DNA from: Paramecium tetraurelia
Lineage: Eukaryota
Assembly: GCA_000165425.1 (NCBI GenBank)
Contig: CT868016.1
Location: 62,001-126,000, forward strand
Direction of reading: 5' to 3'
DNA length: 64,000 bases
This document shows positions 54,908-64,000 of the stretch, one piece after another (position 1 is the stretch's first letter; every line of letters begins with the position of its first letter). The translations under genes and the position numbers were made by a program. Under the pieces are notes generated by a model. It saw only the letters and a program-made list of their open reading frames with translations, did no database searches and was not told the origin of the DNA.

Positions 54908-55000
54908 AGGCAAAATTAGAATCTAAGAGATTTGTTTAGCATTTATATTTCTATATGGCTATCTTATATTTTGTTTTTGTTATTTGTTTTATTGAATAAA

Positions 55001-55494
55001 TCACACCAGACTTAAATTGCTGACTGATGCTGTGTCCCAACTGGTATGTCTATCTGTTCTTTTGAGACTAATTAATTTTCTTAAGCAAGCCTTATAAACA
55101 AATCTTTCCTCCTCACATTCCCATAAATAATGCTTGATTTTTTTTGTTAATGGTCGCATACTAACAGTATAAGAATAAGTAAATACTAGGTGTAATGTGT
55201 TGAGCTATCTTGATGCATGGGTGTATGTCCAAAATCCTAGAGCATAAGGGGAAATAATTACAATTGACTTGCCATCAGTAAGCATTCTAGGCCACATTGA
55301 AGGCCAGCTTGGATGAATGATTTCCATTTATTTAGTATTTGATCTATTGAAATAATTGAAATGTTTACTCGAAAGCGCAGTCTTCATAATCGTGCATTTG
55401 TTTTAAGCATGGAGTTGTGTCTAAATAGGCTAGATATCATACCAAAGACAGGTGGCACTGAAGAGGGGAGTGTACCAAAATACAGATAACTCAT
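55001..55494 (-). CDS. Twin CX9C protein (131 aa), probable mitochondrial intermembrane-space protein
   Basis: Four introns (22, 25, 25, 26 nt) give 396 nt. Motifs C22-LKQMHDYED-C32 and C94-EEERFVYKA-C104. Confidence 0.85.
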
Positions 55495-55508
55495 ATTAAA
55501 TAAATTAA

Positions 55509-55866
55509 TCAAATATCTGGTTCTTTTGATTAAGGATTTCTGGATTATTTTTGTTCGATTTATTCAAATACTTCAACTGGATCCTTCTTTTTACGTTAGT
55601 AGTCTTGCAAGATTTATTTAGCCGCTGCCCTTCTCATGTCATTCTTAGCATCAATTGAAATATTCGGAGATTTGCTTGAATTCAGAACTTAAGAGGCTAA
55701 CTATAATCAACTATTTGAGTACTTCGTCGTCTATTTTCGGAGAGATTTCAATAATATTATTTAATTCATAACCTGTTTTTATCAAAATATTAATACCTAC
55801 ATAAGCAAATATTGCAGCTATACCACCATAAGTAGCTATGTTTCCTACTAAACCATACCTGAACAT
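55509..55866 (-). CDS. Small protein with N-terminal Gly-rich TM helix (103 aa)
   Basis: MFRYGLVGNIATYGGIAAIFAYVGYEL...; introns of 24 and 22 nt give 312 nt. Confidence 0.75.
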
Positions 55867-55894
55867 TTTATAACCAAAATTAATAATTATTAAT

Positions 55895-56331
55895 TCATTT
55901 ATATTATTTCATTAGTTTTCTATAGTCACCGAAACTAGATTTCATTGTCATTCTCTTCTTTACAAGTGGAACTTAATCGCTTTCCAATAATTCAATCATC
56001 GACATAGATATTTTTACTATTGAAAAATCTCATATTTTATATTACTCTCTTCAGGAGTCAACTTTTATGTCAATCCCAATTTTATTTGCTTTATGCACCA
56101 TGCTATTTCAAGATCTGTCTATTCAGCTTCAGGCAAATTCAATTTTGCTTTTATTTCTTCTTCCACTTACTAAATCATCTCTTGATTTTGCTCCTTTAGC
56201 TTTTTCTTCTTCTCCTTTTTCTTCTGATTCCTTATTTAGTTTTTACTTAGTTGATTTCCTTACTTATCCTCTTATTCTTCAACTCCTTGCTCTTTCTCTT
56301 ATTATTACAACTCTTCTGCTTAATTATCCAT
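55895..56331 (-). CDS. UPF0488 / C8orf33-like (DUF4615) protein, 135 aa
   Basis: EIAWCIKQIKLGL and PLVKKRMTMKSSFGDYRKLM match the family motifs. One 29-nt intron. Confidence 0.85.
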
Positions 56332-56868
56332 TAATTAATATTAAAATGTAATATTTTATTTTAATCTTAATCCATTAGATGATTTTCATAAAAAAAAATT
56401 TGAATTCATGCTAAATCAATCTTAAATAATTTGTTTTAGATTACAATATAGTTTTTTCAAGGATGAGATTATCAATTTATGTGAATACATATAAATATAA
56501 CCAATTGTAGTTTTAATTCATCTTTAAAAATACAATACATATTTATAATTATTAGAACATCTGATTTATTGAGCAGCTTGAATGCCTATTAGTGAGCATT
56601 TCAGAGATGAACCTCAAATACATGTTTCTTTAATGTAAATGTAAATTGATTTCATTATAATTATTATTTCTGTAAATAAAGATACTCTAAAGTTTTTTTT
56701 TCTCAATTCTAAAAATAATCATTTCATTAAAACCGTTATATTGAGAAAAAATACAGACTAATTTAATTATATTTATGAAAAACATAAATGAGACTTAATA
56801 AAGCTTTTTAAGACCATTCATAATTTTATTTTATCAAGTATCAATATTTCTATATGTTAAAATATAAA

Positions 56869-57206
56869 TCAGAATTTGATGACTGTTCCTTAACAATTTT
56901 TGACTCTACAATCTTGCAATATTTAAGCTTTAGATATTCTTGATCCTTTCAAACAGATTTCATACTTAAAATAATCAAACAATTTACACTGTCTTTTGCT
57001 CTTTAATGTTGGTTTTTTTCAAAGCCTAAGTTGCCAACAAATTACCAAGAGCAATCTGCAATATAATCATGACTTAATCAAAAATATTAATACCAAGTTT
57101 TATCTCTATTGCAATTGTAAAATTCCGTTTTGCACTTATCTTATAGACATGACACGTCGGCTAAGGTCACTACAAGCATTATTATTAGAATGATGAATTT
57201 TTTCAT
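56869..57206 (-). CDS. Secreted 8-Cys mini-protein B (97 aa)
   Basis: Introns of 21 and 23 nt give 294 nt: MKKFIILIIMLVVTLADVSCLQDKCKTEFYNCNRDKTCHDYIADCSWQ...YEICLKGSRISKAQILQDCRVKNCQGTVIKF*. Confidence 0.85.
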
Positions 57207-57225
57207 TATAAAAACGAATTAATAT

Positions 57226-57586
57226 TCAATATGACTAAATAATCTCATCTATTCTAATACTCTCCTCATAAAGCACCTTATTGCAATGTTGTCTACTGCA
57301 ACTATTTAAGCTCTTAGCAGCTGAGTTTGTGCTCATACAGTAGGTGAACTAAAGATTAAAAATATCTTACATCTTGATATCCAGCTTCTGTTCCCTTATA
57401 TTGACCAGATTTTTGTGCACGATGCACGTATTATTTAAATTGGTTTGCACATTTAGCAGCAGTTTAATCACAATTGCCTCCGTTTTTACAAGCTTTTAGC
57501 TAAGCTCCACAATATGCATTAGTACAATCTCCTGCTTTTGAAAAACACAAAACAATTAGAATGAGTAAAATTAAGAATTTTTTCAT
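57226..57586 (-). CDS. Secreted 8-Cys mini-protein A (112 aa)
   Basis: One 22-nt intron gives 339 nt: MKKFLILLILIVLCFSKAGDCTNAYCGAQLKACKNGGNCDQTAAKCANQ...FTYCMSTNSAAKSLNSCSRQHCNKVLYEE...*. Confidence 0.85.
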
Positions 57587-57912
57587 TTTAAATTTATATA
57601 TAAAATTAATGTTGCTATTACCATAGAGGGTAACCCAGCATACTTTTATAGATAAATAGTTTACATTCCTATATAGATTTTTATGGATATTAATTATCTA
57701 ATTGATTTCTTTGATTATTATTGAGTGAGATGATTATCAATAGATCAATTCATATTAAATCTACATTTGAAGGTAAGGTAGTGTAGGGGTATTTGTAATA
57801 TTCTACGAGTGATAATTTATAAGAGCCAAGATCGAAAAAACAAAGAGGAAAAGTTCTTGTAAACTAAGCATTTCGTTTCTGAAATGAATTATATAAATAA
57901 ATAATTTATAAA

Positions 57913-58431
57913 ATGGGAGGTTGCTTATATCGTGAGTCAAAGGATCAATATCATTACAACACTGAAGACATATTGCTGAAATAGAAGTTAACCCATGAAC
58001 GATTGCAGAACCTTTTGAGACTACGTGAGGATAGGGAGTAAATGTAATAAAGATATTAAAAGAACATCGAGGAAGGTGAGAAAATGAAATAGCCTAAAAA
58101 ACTAAATCAATCATCAGTAGAATAAAGTGGATTTGACATCAGCCTTAGTAAAAATGTTTAGAATCTACATTATATCGAAGAGGCTGAAGATGAATCAAGT
58201 TTTATTGATCAGCAAAAACCTTAGACTTAATAAAGATTACCAGATGATGAGAATTATGAGGAAGGAGGAGATTTACTTTTATAATTGGCCTCATCTTAAC
58301 AACTAAATCTAAATAAAGCAGATAATATAAGAGATTAATTATAAGGGAGATAGAGTAACGAAATGGATGATGAGATATTGCAATACTTTAATACTACAAA
58401 GGCTAATTATGAAAGTAAAGTAGAAGATTGA
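57913..58431 (+). CDS. Hypothetical protein with N-terminal MGGC dual-acylation-like motif (172 aa)
   Basis: Intronless 519-nt ORF starting MGGCLYRE, with a coiled segment and an acidic tail. Confidence 0.75.
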
Positions 58432-58460
58432 TTTAATATTTTTAATAATTTTATATATAA

Positions 58461-58908
58461 ATGTCATCATAATCTTAATAAGAATATGATTAGGATCAAG
58501 AAAATAATGAAGAACTGTAAGACGATGATCAAGAATTCTCATCAAAATAATAGGAAAGCTAAAAATAGGTTAAGACTACTATCAAAAAGGTTAGGAATTA
58601 TCAAAAAGTACCTGAGAATCTTAAATCATAACTACTTAAATTAGTAATTTAGTAGGGTGTTAAAATAAATTAAGTACCTAAGAATATGATATTTTAAGGC
58701 AGCTCAACAATTAAATTTAAAATATGCAACAGCTAAAACAATAATCTTCACTTACAGGGCTTAATCAAAACCAAAGAAGTCTAAAAATAAAAAAAAGAAG
58801 ACAAGTACAAAAGTAGAATTTGTACCAATCCAAAATAATAATGTTAACCCTATTCATGTTGAAATTTCAATTGGAGGAAATCTCTAGAATAAATTTACAC
58901 TCGAATGA
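58461..58908 (+). CDS. Small helix-turn-helix (homeodomain-like/psq-type) DNA-binding protein (140 aa)
   Basis: RNYQKVPENLKSQLLKLVIQQGVKINQAAQQLNLKYATAKTIIFTYR. One 25-nt intron. Confidence 0.8.
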
Positions 58909-58989
58909 ATTATTGTTGAAATATTTTGCGTTATTATATGGAAATATAATTAATCAAATATCATTCTATAGGATTATCCTTTAAGGATT

Positions 58990-59603
58990 ATTGGATTGAT
59001 TTAATTAGTAAAATATATCTATTTTGAGTAATTGAAATCTAAGAGATTTCCCATTTGTAATTTGTGAAATTTAGAAAATTGTAAATATGGTTTATAGGAT
59101 ATCTCCTTTTATTGGATTTATATGTTTAAATAGATGATTGCTTATTCTATATATATATAAAGTTTTGGTTCCACTTTTGATTAATACTTGGTCTACATGG
59201 CAAATAATTTCATAAAAATAAACCATCTACTTATCTTCTATTGTTTTGGTACTTATATTTATTATCTCATTATCCATTGTTCATTTAAATGAGCTATTCT
59301 AAAATATTTTATTCAATTTCCCAATTGTTTTTCATGTAATTATAAAATTTAGTTTTATCCAAATAAGCCTCAAAAAAACAAAATGAATTAGCAACAATTT
59401 AAAAAGTAATGAGATCGTTAGTATGATTCGATAGAGTAAGATTATTGAACAGTCTATCTTGGAGATATGTAACATTCTGATCAATAAGATTTAAGGCGCA
59501 AATTAAATCGATAAGCTTTTTGGTTAGTTATTAATAAATCGATGGATCTGTACTATTTTGGATTAGGAGATTATGAACATTCTTAGATTAGTTAGGTAGC
59601 CAT
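58990..59603 (-). pseudogene. Possible decayed gene
   Basis: The frame from ATG 59603 reads MATQLIQECSQSPNPKQYRS...KSY*SECYISPRQTVQQS, with several in-frame TGA. The 3' boundary is approximate. Confidence 0.3.
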
Positions 59604-59678
59604 GCTGAGGATGTTTAATTATTAAATTTTATTGTTTTATTCGTATATAAATCGACTCATCGTTAAATTTTTTATATT

Positions 59679-60778
59679 ATGAACATAATTATGCAAAATG
59701 ATAATGCATACCTAGTTAAGAGAAAATTAGGAAATGGCTCATTCGGTTGTGTATACTTAGTATGTGACATCAAAAGTAACCAAGAATTTGCCTGCAAAAT
59801 TGTAATTCAAATGTTACTTATTTTAGGTGTCTAAATCTATGCTGAGCAAATATTAGGCTGAGGGGATGGTGAGGTAGGAGATTCAAATTCAATCAAGCAT
59901 CAACCACAGAAATGTAGTAAAAGTGTTTAATTCATTTGAAGATACTAAAAACATCTACATCATTTTAGAATATTGTAAGGAGGGTTAATTGCAACTCCCC
60001 TCACAACCTTATACAAATAAGCAACTAATCTAATTCCTCAACCAAATGCTCAGCGCTCTTGATTCTATTCATCAAATGAATCTTGTGCATAGGGATATCA
60101 AAGTAAGTAACATCTCCCAAATTCCAGTTAGACAACATTCTAGTTCATGAGGATGGATCATTCAAGCTTTCAGACTTTGGATGGGCTACCCAAACATCTT
60201 AAATTAAGCCAATCCTATGTGGTACAACCGAGTATATGCCTCCAGAAGTTGTCAAGAACTAAATCCATGACCAAAAAGTAGACTCCTGGTCATTAGGAGT
60301 AGTACTCTATGTATAAATATCATATATCTCAGATTTTGACACACTGCAGAAAACCTTTTGTGGCTAAAACAGATCGTGAATTAATTAAATTAATTTCTGA
60401 AAATGAAATTAAAATTGATACTTCATTGGATGAAAATCTATAAATCCTCATTCAAGCATTGCTTACCAAAGATCCTGTTTATAGACCCAATATCCAATAG
60501 CTCTATTTCAGCAAATGGATCAAATTCCAAATGAAACTGCATAATATCTTCAATAAATACGAGCATGAAAAACTAAAGCATAAATTCATAAATCAAAAGA
60601 TTGAGATAAAATCTGTAGATAATCGGTATTGATTCTATTAATTTTAAGAGCTATCTAGTAGAGAAAGAAGACTATCACTTCAGATTCATCTCTATCTCAT
60701 AGTATTAGTACCTAGTTGAGCAATTGTGACATGAACGAATCAGGAGTGGTTGAAAAATAGAAATAGGATAAACTATGA
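59679..60778 (+). CDS. Aurora-like Ser/Thr kinase
   Basis: LGNGSFGCVY, FACK, QEIQIQ, HRDIKLDN, DFGWA, CGTTEYMPPE. Four short introns. Confidence 0.9.
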
Positions 60779-61356
60779 CTTATTAATATATAATTATCCA
60801 AATTATTGGAAATCTTAATATTTACAGTTGTGCACAGAATCATAGGAGTTTATATTATTAACATAAAAGGGTTACTCAATTAATTGTTTTTATTATTAGA
60901 TTATACATACGGAACATTAAAATGGTAAGAATCCAAGGGGAAATCTTATTGATTAATATTATATGATGATTAAATATTATTAACAAATTATTGAGAGTAG
61001 TCTTTATAATTATTTTTGCATCATTATCAATGTTGACTCATTTTTCAAAGTTCAAGATATTTCTAAATATACCTGATGATGATTTATGATCTGTATGAGT
61101 GCAAAAAAAGGGAAATCGCATCGACTCCTAATAATATGGAAACTTGAATGTTCTCTAAATTATTATTGGCCATGTGTTGATGCTCTATTCGAAAATAACG
61201 CTTTTGATGGTGACATTAGGATGGATTTGATAATATATTATTTGTTTATAAGCAAATGTTGTTCTGCTTTGGTTGTATCTTGAGGGAGATGGTAGTATAA
61301 ATCCCACTTTATGAGGGGAAAAATTTAAAAAGAAAAAAACATTTTTAATTATAGAT

Positions 61357-62405
61357 ATGGCCTAGCATCTGTAGGACAGCGAACTATTAACAGCGAAACC
61401 TACCGTTCACAATGGATAGGAAATGGTTATTTAGGGTTTGGGTGCACAAGAACAAAGTGATTCTAGCTTTTCATCCCAACATTTATGTTCTGTAAATAAA
61501 TCAGACTTAACTTGATTAGAGCCAATAGAGTAGTCACAGGAACATCAATCTTAGTCAGAGTTCATTTAAGAAGATCAGTAAGAGCAGTTCGGATCTTTAG
61601 AATTTCTCAAACAAACATGCCCACATTTGTGCCCATTATAATTTCCTTGGTAGATGTCCCTTGGAACATTGCAAGTATTATTACTACGTTATAATCTATA
61701 GAAAAAGACACATTTTTATATCAGAAGATGACGGTTTAAGTGAACTAATATCAGACAACATTGACTTGATTGACAACCTCACAAGCAGCGGAAACAAACT
61801 TAAATTACCGCACTCTACCTATGGAACTTAGTTATCTAAATATAGAAAATGTAAATCCAACACTAAGGAATTTTGTGAGAAATTGGAACACAAATTCATA
61901 ACTTAAGAATAAATACATTTTGGCGATTTTCCTATATAAAATTTTTGGAATTGGAATGCATTTGCTCTGCAATCCTTTTCCATCAAGTCCCAACCGGATT
62001 TGGGCAATAATCCCCAAGAGAATAAATATTTTAGCCAATTAATTAAGCCAAAACCTCTTGTGGATTACAAATAGGCCTCGGAAAATTTTAGAGAATTCTT
62101 CATCAGCTCTAAACATTTCGAATGAGATCAAAAAAAATCTAATGTCCAAACTGAAATCAGACATTGACAAAATGCAACAAAAAATAAAGACTATTTCAAT
62201 GCTGAAGAAATGGATAAACAACCAACAAGTGGATTAGAATGAGTACAAGAACTTGTAATCCTCCCTTTCCCAAATTCAATAAATCCATTATACTAATTTC
62301 CTCAGGATCACTAACATTTCAATATCCAGTATTTATACCTTAATACAATTAGATTAAGCCAAATTCAACAATTAGTTTCAAAATGTCGAATACGTCTAAT
62401 AATGA
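61357..62405 (+). CDS. CCCH zinc-finger protein; apparent +1 frameshift at ~62083
   Basis: CAHYNFLGRCPLEHCKKRH (C-x8-C-x4-C-x3-H) after removing introns of 28 and 27 nt. TGA at 62123, with coding-like continuation in the +1 frame. Confidence 0.7.
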
Positions 62406-62461
62406 ATTGTATCATTATAGCATGTATAGAGAGTTATGTGAATAATAAAATATTTAATATA

Positions 62462-63484
62462 TCAATTGCTCTGATCAAGCGAGTTGCTTTTATTTCTCTG
62501 GTCTTTTATTATACAAACCCGAGTTGCATCATCGAATTCTAAAAAATCATAGATGCTCGGAGTCAAATACTCTATTTTAGAAATAATTTGTCTCAACCAA
62601 ATCTTTATCATAGCTATTTTCTCATTAAACATTTAATTAGTGTCAGGTCCATGTTGGAAAAAGTCATTTGGTAATTTATAAATTTCAAATCCAAATTTAT
62701 CTTCCTATTAGAGCCTACTTTCAAGCATGACAAAATCATTGATGGTCTTTTTAAGTTGATAATGTTTATTAGGATTGGATAGAAATATTTTTAATGTAAT
62801 TACTGCATCTATTCTACCATCCTTTTGTTATACAATTTTCCAAGTTTTACTAAAATGAATATTACATTTGAATAAGGATTAAGTAGAAGATAATCCAATA
62901 AAACTATTTTATATAGGTATCATATTTTGTCTACTATCCTCGTAATCTGGTACAGTCATACCAAGTCCTGAGATGCCTTCGAATTCAATCTTGTCCTATT
63001 TTCTGATAAAAAAACTAAAAATGTTGAGACTGAATTGATCAACAATTATCAAATACAACACTACATTGCTCAAAATATCGTATTCCGATTGATTCAATCC
63101 ATTCAATATAGCCTAAATTAGATTAGTTATTAGACAAATAATCCAAAATATTTTGTGAGCGAACATAATAGGGACATTCTTATTATACTCATGTAAAATG
63201 CCAGCTACTTGAGTTGAATAGACTATACACATAAACATAAATATTTAAGAATAGTCTGATTTATATAAATAGAATTTTGGATTCAAAATAGAAACAAAGT
63301 TATAGGTTAATGTTAATAGAACACATAGAATTAGTAAAAACACTCTAATTTTTAAGGTAGCATTGTATTATCTGTATTAATGATGGCCTGTATTTTTGAG
63401 TTAAACAAACCTAATGGTTAGTAAAATGAGCGTAACAATTCCACTAATGGCAGGTATATAGATATCAAAAATTCTATTCTGCAT
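62462..63484 (-). CDS. ~5-TM membrane protein with C-terminal PX-like domain (340 aa)
   Basis: Intronless 1023-nt ORF. Hydrophobic helices including HKIFWII are followed by YQLKKTINDFVMLESRL...KLP...IKIWLRQII...IYDFLE. Confidence 0.75.
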
Positions 63485-63556
63485 TAGAATAGTTTGATTA
63501 ATTATTTAAAAAATGGAATAATATTATTTAATATTGATTCAATATGCTTTAAATTA

Positions 63557-64000
63557 TCATATTTTTTCTTAGAATGTCCTGTCCGATTTAGTTACTTTTT
63601 TGTAGTCAGCTTATTAATAGATGTTGTAAGATGTTCCCTTGGGATACCAATTCTCATCTAAATTAAAAGTTAATGCAATAATAAACCTTCCATTTCCAAT
63701 TGTTCTTAGATGTCATCCTAGGACTTCCATAATTCCCTTCTGCAATTAGGATTTCTGGGTGAGGGAAAGACTCTGTCACTTTCAGGAATATTGAATTGAT
63801 CTTCAATTCCGACCATTTCACCTCCCCCTAGATAGATCAAAGACTTTATTTACATTCGCATTCATATTCGAACCAAGTATTAGGCACACCCAAATCCAAA
63901 TCACCTGTTGGTTTGATCATTGGATCTGACCACAGGAAAATTTCCCAATGATAATCTATCAATTCCCTCACTGGTGCAAATCCAACAGGCAATTTAGCCA
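63557..64000 (-). CDS. 3' part of a hypothetical Trp/acidic-rich protein (5' end outside the window)
   Basis: AKLPVGFAPVRELIDYHWEIFLWSDPMIKP...EDENWYPKGTSYNIY...QEKI*, with introns of 25 and 29 nt. Confidence 0.7.

Noticed and set aside
57720..57895. Possible C/D snoRNA (ends in CTGA)
   Set aside because: No convincing C box, terminal stem or guide sequence; such short boxes arise by chance in AT-rich DNA.
63557..63560. ATGA stop/start overlap suggesting translational coupling
   Set aside because: That ATG is out of frame with the PX gene, which has its own in-frame ATG at 63484.

Overview
This is AT-rich, very gene-dense eukaryotic DNA that reads as ciliate macronuclear sequence, most likely Paramecium. 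In-frame TAA/TAG fall at Gln positions in conserved kinase, ABC and carboxypeptidase domains, genes end only at TGA (translation table 6), and genes carry 20-31 nt GT..AG introns. The supplied ORF track treats TAA/TAG as stops, so it shows only fragments and many antisense artefacts. Re-translating by hand gave about 38 gene models. These include casein kinase 1, an ERK7/8-type MAPK, a CaMK-like kinase, an Aurora-like kinase, an LPA1/2-phosphoglycerate-kinase-like NTPase, a PH-TM-START protein, two ABCG half-transporters, a disrupted diacylglycerol kinase and a ~2,500-aa coiled-coil protein. They also include an HP1-like chromo/chromo-shadow protein, CCP5, a bZIP factor, an XMAP215/TOG protein, a C8orf33 homolog, and HTH, CCCH and PX proteins. 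The most unusual items are barely or not visible in the ORF track: (1) a tandem pair of genes each built from about eight diverged ubiquitin-like domains with no diglycine, (2) a tandem pair of diverged secreted 8-Cys mini-proteins sharing an intron position, and (3) a long-loop twin CX9C protein and a Tom5-like microprotein. Several genes have single-base frameshifts in homopolymer runs, probably assembly errors. No rRNA, tRNA, CRISPR array, telomere or intact transposon was recognised. All family calls come from motif recognition, not database searches.
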